Shown: piece by piece, positions 48,656 to 56,651 of the stretch | Layout: each line of letters opens with the position of its first letter | How positions within the stretch are numbered: the first letter of the stretch is position 1 | Assembly (NCBI GenBank): GCA_030674455.1 | Contig: JAUSGQ010000006.1 | Location: forward strand, 15,654 to 79,653 | Origin: a bacterium | Lineage (GTDB): Bacteria > Patescibacteriota > Minisyncoccia > Phycocordibacterales > UBA2100 | Direction: 5' to 3' | DNA: 64,000 bases | Program-made: the position numbers and the translations under genes | The notes under the pieces: generated by a model | What the model saw: only the letters and a program-made list of their open reading frames with translations | Told to the model about the DNA's origin: nothing | The model's database searches: none

Positions 48656-50341
48656 ATGGAAAAGATATCAGGAGCCCAAGCATTAATGAAGTCCCTCTTG
48701 CGGGAGGGAGTTGATACTATTTTCGGATATCCTGGAGGAGCGATAATGCCGGTGTACGACGCGCTCTATGATTACAAGGATTCCATCCGGCACGTCTTGG
48801 TGCGCCACGAGCAGGGAGCCGCGCACGCGGCCGAAGGGTATTCGCGGCTTTCGGGGAAGCCCGGCGTGTGCATGGTGACATCGGGGCCCGGTGCGACGAA
48901 TCTTGTGACCGGCATTGCCGACGCGATGAGCGATTCAATTCCGATCGTTTGCATAACGGGACAGGTGACAGCGGCGGCGCTTGGAACCGATGCGTTCCAA
49001 GAAGCTCCTGTTATCGGCATCGTTACTCCAGTGACCAAGTGGTGCTACCAAATCACGAACGCGGCGGAAATTCCGCACATTGTTGCAAAAGCATTTCACA
49101 TCGCTTCATCAGGCAGGAAAGGCCCGGTTCTCATAGACATCACAAAAGACGCGCAATTCGAATTGTGCGAGTACGATGACTCTATTCAAACGATAACGCT
49201 GAAGAGCAGGCACGACCCGCACTTCGCCAAGAAGCTGGATCGGGCGGCAGCGCTTCTCAACTCCGCAAAACGCCCGTACGTTCTTTTTGGCCACGGCATA
49301 TCTTTGTCAAAAGCGGAGAATGAACTCGTGCAATTTGTCGAACAAGGCGGATTTCCTGCGGCCAGCACTCTGCTCGGACTTTCCTCGATGCCCAAAAGCC
49401 ATCCGCTCTACATGGGTATGCTCGGCATGCACGGCAATTACGCTCCCAACAAACTGACCAACAAAGCCGACGTGATATTTGCGATAGGCATGCGTTTCGA
49501 CGACCGCGTAACGGGTGATATCAAAAAGTACGCTCCGCAGGCAAAAATAATCCACGTGGACATTGACCATGCAGAATTAGATAAGGTCATAACGGCGGAC
49601 ATCGCGATTCACGCGGATGCCAAGGAATTTCTTGCACAAATAACCCCGCTCATAAAATCTCGGAAGCATGACGAGTGGATAGGACAATTCAAGAAATTAG
49701 ATACGGAGGAGCGAGAGGTAGTGGTGGATGCGGAACTCTATCCGAAATCGGGAGAGATAAGCATGGCAGAGGTGGTGAGGATTGTGAGCGAAAAGACAAA
49801 GGGCAAAGCTGTCATCGTGGCCGATGTGGGGCAGCACCAGATGGTTTCCGCCCGCTACTACGGTTTTGAGAATTCGGACAGCTTCATCACGTCTGGCGGT
49901 TTGGGGACGATGGGTTTCGCCCTTCCCGCGAGCATCGGCGCCAAGATTGCGGGGCCGAAGAGGGAAGTAATCGCGATTATCGGCGATGGCTCCTTCCAGA
50001 TGAACATTCAGGAACTCGGAACCATCATGCAGGAGAAACTATCGGTGAAGATAATTATTCTCAACAACCGGCACCTCGGCATGGTGCGCCAGTGGCAGGA
50101 ACTCTTCTTTGAAGAGCGGTACTCATTCGTACACATGGAAAATCCCAACTTCAATAAGATTGCCGACGGGTATTCCATTCCGAATGAGTTGGTGGAGGAA
50201 CGAAAGGACTTAGCACCCGCCTTGGACCGGATGCTGAAAGCAGAGGGAAGTTATCTTCTCGACATTATGGTGAAGAGGGACGAGAATGTGTTCCCGATGA
50301 TACCAAGCGGCGCTGCCGTGGACGAAGTGCGGCTTAAATAA
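48656..50341 (+). CDS. ilvB: Acetolactate synthase large subunit
   Basis: FGYPGGAIMP, RHEQGA, TSGPGATN, MLGMHG, GDGSFQMN, GMVRQWQ. Confidence 0.97.
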   Translation: MEKISGAQALMKSLLREGVDTIFGYPGGAIMPVYDALYDYKDSIRHVLVRHEQGAAHAAEGYSRLSGKPGVCMVTSGPGATNLVTGIADAMSDSIPIVCITGQVTAAALGTDAFQEAPVIGIVTPVTKWCYQITNAAEIPHIVAKAFHIASSGRKGPVLIDITKDAQFELCEYDDSIQTITLKSRHDPHFAKKLDRAAALLNSAKRPYVLFGHGISLSKAENELVQFVEQGGFPAASTLLGLSSMPKSHPLYMGMLGMHGNYAPNKLTNKADVIFAIGMRFDDRVTGDIKKYAPQAKIIHVDIDHAELDKVITADIAIHADAKEFLAQITPLIKSRKHDEWIGQFKKLDTEEREVVVDAELYPKSGEISMAEVVRIVSEKTKGKAVIVADVGQHQMVSARYYGFENSDSFITSGGLGTMGFALPASIGAKIAGPKREVIAIIGDGSFQMNIQELGTIMQEKLSVKIIILNNRHLGMVRQWQELFFEERYSFVHMENPNFNKIADGYSIPNELVEERKDLAPALDRMLKAEGSYLLDIMVKRDENVFPMIPSGAAVDEVRLK

Positions 50342-50364
50342 GAAAATCGTTAACAAAATCTAAC

Positions 50365-50607
50365 ATGAGATACGTCCTCACAATAAAATCAGAAAATGCT
50401 CCGGGTACGCTTTATCGAATTGCCGGGCTTCTGTTGCGCAAGAAAATAAACATTGAGTCTCTGCATGTAAAGGAAATAGACCGGAAAAAACACATTTCAC
50501 TTTTTACGATTGAGATATTCCTCTCGACGCACCTGATGGCGAAACTTATTAAACAGATTGATAGGGTTGTTGAAGTGACGCACGCGGAGTACCGACGGAT
50601 GCAGTAG
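50365..50607 (+). CDS. ilvN: Acetolactate synthase small subunit (ACT domain only)
   Basis: ENAPGTLYRIAGLL.RKKINIESL..KQIDRVVEV. Confidence 0.85.
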   Translation: MRYVLTIKSENAPGTLYRIAGLLLRKKINIESLHVKEIDRKKHISLFTIEIFLSTHLMAKLIKQIDRVVEVTHAEYRRMQ

Positions 50608-50659
50608 CCAGGTTAGAGGTTAGTCAGACTAACCTGCCGTTAGTCTGACTAACCTCATG

Positions 50660-51991
50660 CTATCTGCGCTTTTTGTTCCTACCTTTAGGTTTACCGTTGT
50701 TTTTCGAGCTCAAGCTCTTAAGCGCTCTTACATACGCGGCTTCTCGCAAGGGAATTTTATGCTCCGCAGAAATGTCGTGCACGTCTTCACACGCGCTTTC
50801 CATCTTTTCTTTCAATTTCTTGAAGACTTTATCTTGGCTCCAGCGCTCCCTGTGCATGTTCTGATACCACTCGAAGTAGCTCACTGCCACGCCTCCGGAG
50901 TTGGCGAGGACGTCGGGAATCACGGTAACGCCTGCAGACCTAAATATCTCATCTGCTTCCGCGGTCGTGGGGCCGTTCGCTAATTCGAGAACTACGCTTG
51001 CCTTTACCTTTTTTGCGTTTTCTTTGGTGAGAGCGTTCTCCAGCGCGGCAGGCACCAAGACATCAACGGGAAGCTCCAATATTTTTTCCGGCGAAATCTC
51101 TTTTCCGCCAAGCTTTTTCATATTGCTAATATCGCATACGGAGCCAATACAGTAGCATCCGGCAAGTTTGCCGCTTTTGTCTTTGCACTTCTGAACTTCG
51201 CGTATGCTTGGAATGCCCGCGGGCATGTATATGCCTCCCTTTGAATCCGACAGTGCGACGACTTTCATGCCGGCTTCCTCAAGATACTGTGCCAAAAAGC
51301 TGCCGACATTTCCAAATCCCTGGATTGCGACAGTGAGACCCTCGGGTTTTCGTTTCTGCATTTTCAGAATGGAAAGCAACGCATAGCAGCCGCCTAGGCC
51401 TGTCGCTTCGGGCCGGCCGAGAGAGCCGCCGCGCTCCAGTGGCTTTCCCGTAATGACCGCTTCTGGGTTTTCATTTTTGACTTTTGACTTTTGACTTTTG
51501 ATTTTTTGTATATATTCCTCCAAAATCCATGTCATTATTTTCCCGTTCGTGTTGACGTCTGGCGCAGGAACATCGAGATTCGGCCCGATTACTGGCGTTA
51601 GCTTTCGGCCAAACTCTCTCGTGAGCCTTTCTAGCTCTCTTTCGGACAATTCCTTCGGGTCGACGTTCACCCCGCCTTTTCCTCCGCCGAACGGAACGCC
51701 GATAATCGCGTTCTTCATGGTCATCCAAAAAGCGAGCGCCTTAACTTCATCCATATCAACGCGCGGATGGTAGCGCAGGCCGCCTTTGTACGGACCGAGT
51801 ATATTATTGTGCTGGACTCTGAAGCCCTGGTACACGTGTATGCTTCCGTCATCCATCTTCACCGGTACGGAAACCTCTACTATCCGGTCGGGATGCTCGA
51901 GACGCGCTAAGAGTAGGGGGTCAATCGGGAAATTACTTGCCGCAGTTTGTAATTGTTTTTTTGCTCTGGTCCACGGATTATTGTCTGCCAT
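50660..51991 (-). CDS. gdhA: Glu/Leu/Phe/Val dehydrogenase
   Basis: GPYKGGLRY, MTMK, GGGKGG, PAPDVNT, QGFGNVG, ELANGP, ANSGGV.VSYFEW. Confidence 0.92.
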   Translation of the reverse strand: MADNNPWTRAKKQLQTAASNFPIDPLLLARLEHPDRIVEVSVPVKMDDGSIHVYQGFRVQHNNILGPYKGGLRYHPRVDMDEVKALAFWMTMKNAIIGVPFGGGKGGVNVDPKELSERELERLTREFGRKLTPVIGPNLDVPAPDVNTNGKIMTWILEEYIQKIKSQKSKVKNENPEAVITGKPLERGGSLGRPEATGLGGCYALLSILKMQKRKPEGLTVAIQGFGNVGSFLAQYLEEAGMKVVALSDSKGGIYMPAGIPSIREVQKCKDKSGKLAGCYCIGSVCDISNMKKLGGKEISPEKILELPVDVLVPAALENALTKENAKKVKASVVLELANGPTTAEADEIFRSAGVTVIPDVLANSGGVAVSYFEWYQNMHRERWSQDKVFKKLKEKMESACEDVHDISAEHKIPLREAAYVRALKSLSSKNNGKPKGRNKKRR

Positions 51992-52123
51992 AGATTAATA
52001 TTTATTTCTAACGCAAGGAGTAAAAGTATACTCCTTATAATTGGTCCTGTCTTTGAATTAATGTTTGACAAACCTTCTTAGAATAGTAAAGTCGCAAAAA
52101 GAACTTCACATCGCCATCATGGA

Positions 52124-52350
52124 TCCCGTTAGAAGTCGCGAAAGTCTGGAATATGGTACATTCAATATATGTTTCTAATTTGTCGTTTGCTTACGAACAC
52201 TAACTTTTGAGTCGGAAGCGCAAGCTTTCTACCTGCCCGCCAAAGCCAGAGCCGAGCGAGTAATATGAAAACAAACATGAGACATTATCAGCTAATCAAG
52301 TTCATTGCTACCGTCGCTTTCAGGCGATGGCAGGCGGGCTTCTAACGGGA
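52124..52350 (+). mobile_element. Second 227-bp TIR element, inserted at the suhB start codon
   Basis: Same TIRs and length as 41856-42082; flanked by TGGA on both sides. Confidence 0.85.
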
Positions 52351-53117
52351 TGGACACATTCATAAAGAAAATAACAAAAGAAGCAGGCAAGGCCGTTTTG
52401 AAGCGGTTCGGGAAAGACGGTGTTCACTACTCAAAATCAAAGCATGCCTACGATGTCGTTACCAAAGCGGATCTTCTTTCGGAGAAAATAATTATTTCCG
52501 CGATTCGGAAATATTATCCCGCACACAGCATTCTTTCCGAAGAAGAGGGAGAGATAAACGCCGGTTCGGACTATCGATGGATAATAGACCCCGTGGACGG
52601 CACTATGAATTTTGCCTCGTCTGTGCCGATGTTCGGCGTAATGGTTTGTCTGGTGTATAAAAATACCGTTAAGCTCTCTGCGATATATCTTCCGGTGACG
52701 GACGAATTATTTTTTGCGAAAGCGGGGAGGGGGGCATATTTAAACGGCAAGCGAATATATTGCTCGCAGACGAAAAGTCTTGATACGAGTACCGGCTGCG
52801 GTTTTGTCGGTTCACGAAAACGGACATTGCACTTCGTTAAGAAATTGCTCGGCGTCGTGCGCGGGGAAGGATTGTTTCTCAACTCATTCGGATGCATTTC
52901 CATGAATTCATGCTATGTAGCGTGCGGAAGAAAGGACTGGGCCGTGTCGCTCTATGGAGCTGTACACGACTTTGCGCCGACCTATCTCATTCTCAAAGAA
53001 GCGGGATGCAAGGTTACAAATTGCAAAGGCAAGTCGTGGAAAATCGGCGATAACGAAGCGGTTGCGGCCAATGAGACCTTGCATCGGCAACTGTTGAAGC
53101 TTACAAAAGACGTCTAA
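52350..53117 (+). CDS. suhB: Inositol monophosphatase family protein
   Basis: VVTKAD..E, SEE, WIIDPVDGTMNF, HDFA. Confidence 0.88.
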   Translation: MDTFIKKITKEAGKAVLKRFGKDGVHYSKSKHAYDVVTKADLLSEKIIISAIRKYYPAHSILSEEEGEINAGSDYRWIIDPVDGTMNFASSVPMFGVMVCLVYKNTVKLSAIYLPVTDELFFAKAGRGAYLNGKRIYCSQTKSLDTSTGCGFVGSRKRTLHFVKKLLGVVRGEGLFLNSFGCISMNSCYVACGRKDWAVSLYGAVHDFAPTYLILKEAGCKVTNCKGKSWKIGDNEAVAANETLHRQLLKLTKDV

Positions 53118-53160
53118 TTATCATGGCGGGGGTAGGACAGAGCGTGGTACAATCTCGTCC

Positions 53161-55440
53161 ATGCCCGGTAGTATGGTAGAAAAAATGTTGCGTTGGACAG
53201 CGCTTGCAGGGATTTTTGCGCTCCCATTTATTGTTTTCATAGTAGCGAATTCACTCTTCTTTCCGTACATCACGGGAAAGAACTTCGCGTTTAGGATAAT
53301 CGTAGAAATTATTACCGCTTCGTGGCTGGCGCTTGCTCTCATTAATCCTGCATATCGTCCTAAGAAGACGTGGCTTCTTGCCGCCTTCGCGGCATTTGTT
53401 GCGATTATTGCCGTCGCGGATGCTACTGGCGTCAATCCGTTCAAGAGTTTTTGGAGCAATTACGAGCGCATGGACGGATGGGTGACTCTTGCGCACCTCT
53501 TCGCCTACTTTGTCGTTGCGGGCTCAATTCTTGGGGCGAAGAAACTCTGGAGAAGATTTTGGCTTTTATCTCTTGGCGTGTCCGTCATTTCCGTTTTTAT
53601 GGGAGTGAAACAGTTTATCGGGATTTCAGCCTCGGCGAGCGGGCTCACGGCGCGATTGGATTCAACTTTCGGCAATCCGATTTATTTGGCTGTCTTCATG
53701 CTCTTCAATATTTTTATAGCGGCGTTTTTGTGGGCAGAAAGCTGGCGCGAGCGCCAGCCGGGTAAGCGCCTTGGAATTTCGTTGGCATACGGAGGCATTA
53801 TCGCGCTCGACACCATCATTCTTCTCTTGACCGGAACGCGCGGGACAATACTCGGCCTGGTGGGCGGAGCGATTCTCGCTTTTCTTATCTACGCTTTTCT
53901 AAATCAAGGGCAGAGTTCTACCCGCCTGCGCGTAATTGCCGTCGGGTCTATCGCCGCGATTGTCATTGCGGGTGGAAGCTTATGGCTTGCACGAGATACG
54001 GCGTTCGTGAACCGAGTTGGATTCCTCGGCCGGCTTGCGTCCATTTCGCTCCAGGATAACACCACTAAATCTCGTTTTATGAACTGGGGTATGGCATGGG
54101 AGGGAGTAAAAGAACGCCCGCTTCTCGGATGGGGGCAGGAAAATTACGCGATTGTTTTTGATAATTACTATAACCCCGGAATGTACGCTCAGGAACAGTG
54201 GTTTGACCGCGTACACAACATAATTTTCGACTGGCTTGTTGCCGGCGGGTTTCTTGGCCTCATTAGTTACCTCCTGCTATTTATATCCGCTCTTTGGATT
54301 ATTTGGAGAGGCGGTGGCGCTTCCGTGCCAATACAGGCTGGACGTCAAAAAGAAAAGAATGCCGCAAACAGCACAGTAGTTTTTTCTTTCGCCGAGCAAT
54401 GTATTTTGACCGGCCTTCTTGCGGGGTACTTTTTCCATAATCTTTTCGTTTTTGATAACATTTCCAGCTATATTTTGTTCACGACTATCCTCGCTTACAT
54501 CGCTTCGCGCTACGCGGCTGTCCGCAATGCGCCGACCCTGCTTCCCATGGGGAGCCTTCCGCGCGCGGCGACACCAATTGTTGCGGTTGCGGCCATAGTT
54601 TTGGCAGTGGGGTCTGCTTGGGGAGTAAACAACCGCGCGCTCGCGCAAAATCGCGCGCTCTTGCAGGCAATCGCTCCGCATCAGGAGGGAATCACTGTAA
54701 ATCTCAAATACTTTCAAGAGGCGGTAGCTTATCAAAGCCTTGGAACGCAAGAAGCGCGCGAACAGCTTGCTCAAGTGGCTTCGCAAATTGCAGGTAACCA
54801 GCAGATGCCGGATGATGTTAAACAAAAATTCGGCTCTTTGGCTGCAAACGAGATGATTCTTCAGGAAAAAGCTTCGCCGCTGGATGCCCGTTTTCCGCTC
54901 TTTTTGGGAATTGTATATAAGGCATACGGAGATTATGAAAATGCAGGAAAAGCATTCGCGCGCGCACATGAACTTTCGCGGGGCAAACAATCAATACTTT
55001 TCGAGATGGGCGCGAACGCTCAATCACTTGGCAAGAACGATGAAGCAATTCAGGACTTCAAAGAAGCGTTTGAACTTTTGCCGGAGTATAATAGCGCGCG
55101 CGTCTACTACGCCGCCGCACTGATTCGCGCGAAGCAAGAGTCGCTCGCGGAGGAGATACTGGCCCCCGCCGTGGAATCGGGCGCTGCCGCAGACCCGAAT
55201 ATTGCATCTGCATATGTTTCAATAGGACGCTACGACAAGATAGTGGAGATTTGGCGCGCACGCGTAAAAGCAATGCCGAACGACATGCAGGCCAGATTTA
55301 CTCTTGCGGCAGCACTGTATCAGGTGGGTAATCCTTTGCAGGCAATAGCAGTTCTTGAGGAAGTTAAGACTATAGACCCAAGCACCAAAGCTCAGGCAGA
55401 AGAATTTATCAAGCAGATAAAAAGCGGGTCGGGAATCTAA
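53161..55440 (+). CDS. O-antigen ligase-like (Wzy_C) membrane protein with C-terminal TPRs
   Basis: Multiple TM helices, TFGNPIYLA, TGTRG, RPLLGWGQENY, DRVHN; TPR helices. Confidence 0.88.
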   Translation: MPGSMVEKMLRWTALAGIFALPFIVFIVANSLFFPYITGKNFAFRIIVEIITASWLALALINPAYRPKKTWLLAAFAAFVAIIAVADATGVNPFKSFWSNYERMDGWVTLAHLFAYFVVAGSILGAKKLWRRFWLLSLGVSVISVFMGVKQFIGISASASGLTARLDSTFGNPIYLAVFMLFNIFIAAFLWAESWRERQPGKRLGISLAYGGIIALDTIILLLTGTRGTILGLVGGAILAFLIYAFLNQGQSSTRLRVIAVGSIAAIVIAGGSLWLARDTAFVNRVGFLGRLASISLQDNTTKSRFMNWGMAWEGVKERPLLGWGQENYAIVFDNYYNPGMYAQEQWFDRVHNIIFDWLVAGGFLGLISYLLLFISALWIIWRGGGASVPIQAGRQKEKNAANSTVVFSFAEQCILTGLLAGYFFHNLFVFDNISSYILFTTILAYIASRYAAVRNAPTLLPMGSLPRAATPIVAVAAIVLAVGSAWGVNNRALAQNRALLQAIAPHQEGITVNLKYFQEAVAYQSLGTQEAREQLAQVASQIAGNQQMPDDVKQKFGSLAANEMILQEKASPLDARFPLFLGIVYKAYGDYENAGKAFARAHELSRGKQSILFEMGANAQSLGKNDEAIQDFKEAFELLPEYNSARVYYAAALIRAKQESLAEEILAPAVESGAAADPNIASAYVSIGRYDKIVEIWRARVKAMPNDMQARFTLAAALYQVGNPLQAIAVLEEVKTIDPSTKAQAEEFIKQIKSGSGI

Positions 55441-55670
55441 ACGGCCTGCCTAGCTGCGCTTCCGAAAGAGAACAAAAACGCAGTACCCGCCGAAGGCGGG
55501 TACTTACGCGACTTTCAGGAGAGCCACAAGCTTTTATGGCACTCACACAAGCACTATACCGTAGACGTGGCGTCAGGCAATACTTCTTTGTGGATTACTT
55601 ACATATGACGCTTGCTTTCCCGGCCGGGAGGGCAAGCGTCATATGGCATGTGGACAGTGCATCTAATTTT

Positions 55671-55820
55671 ATTGCGGCTAGCGAGGAGCGAAGTGGGAGC
55701 TTGCTCACACTTCGTCCGAGCGAAGACGCAACACAGGTTGAATAGCTCGCAGCTTGCTGCGAGAATGCGCGAGTGAAGCGAGCTCCGACAATGCCTCGGG
55801 GCTTGCCCCGAGGAACCTTT
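55671..55820. repeat. Hairpin cluster resembling IS200/IS605-type ends (CTCGCAGCTTGCTGCGAG, CCTCGGGGCTTGCCCCGAGG)
   Basis: Three GCTTG-loop hairpins; no transposase nearby. Confidence 0.5.
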
Positions 55821-55865
55821 ATTGCATTGTCAAACGGGTCTCAAATGCTATCCTTATAACAGATT

Positions 55866-55969
55866 CCGACACAGCCCGACTTCGTCCCTACTTCGTTAAG
55901 ACTATGTAAGGGCGCAGCAAGACTACGTCGGACACAGCCCGACTTCGTCAAGACTACGTCGGACACAGC
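55866..55969. repeat. 31-bp tandem repeat GACACAGCCCGACTTCGTCAAGACTACGTCG; first unit carries a nested insertion
   Basis: GACACAGC at 55868, 55931 and 55962. Confidence 0.75.
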
Positions 55970-56352
55970 GCGGAGGACGGCGGCACTCACATTGACTTTC
56001 ACTTTGGAGCTCGCACCTGTCCTCCGCATTGTGTCCAGAGAGGAATTTCCAAAAAATCAATTTGCAATTTGCAAAGAATATTCAAATTCCAAATTCTAAA
56101 CACTTCCGGAATAATAAGTTCATTATTTGAGTGATTGAAAATCGGAAATTAATTTGCAAATTAGGAATTGCAAAGTGCAAATTCCCAAATCATTTTCTGC
56201 GAAAATGGTTTTGGAAAGTTATCCACTTATGTGCGCGCAAAAAAACAATTTGCGAAATATTGGTGCAATAATGAATTGGAAAACGCATCTTCGCGTCTCA
56301 AAATTGCGCAAGTGCGGGTCGAGTTTAGAACTGAGAGTTATATATACATAAT

Positions 56353-56400
56353 ATGGCAAAGAAAAAGAAGGCGAAGAAGAAGGCGAAGAAGCACCGCTAG
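56353..56400 (+). CDS. 15-aa Lys-rich micropeptide MAKKKKAKKKAKKHR
   Basis: Manual translation; hairpin AAACAATCTCTCC..GGAGAGATTGTTT downstream. Confidence 0.5.
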   Translation: MAKKKKAKKKAKKHR

Positions 56401-56651
56401 TGTTTCTCTGGGCTAAAACGCTCAAAACAATCTCTCCTATGCGGAGAGATTGTTTGTTTTCAGGGAAATTTCCTTCTATAAGAAAATCATGGAAGCAAAC
56501 GCTATCAAATGATAGGATGACCGGATGCCCAGACACTAAATTTGCCGTCGCCACTATGTACCAAATTACTACAAATACATTCGCAACATTTAGTTGGAAA
56601 CGCCGAATATTCGGGAATTGCTTTAGCGCGAAATTACGGCAAACTTAGTGT

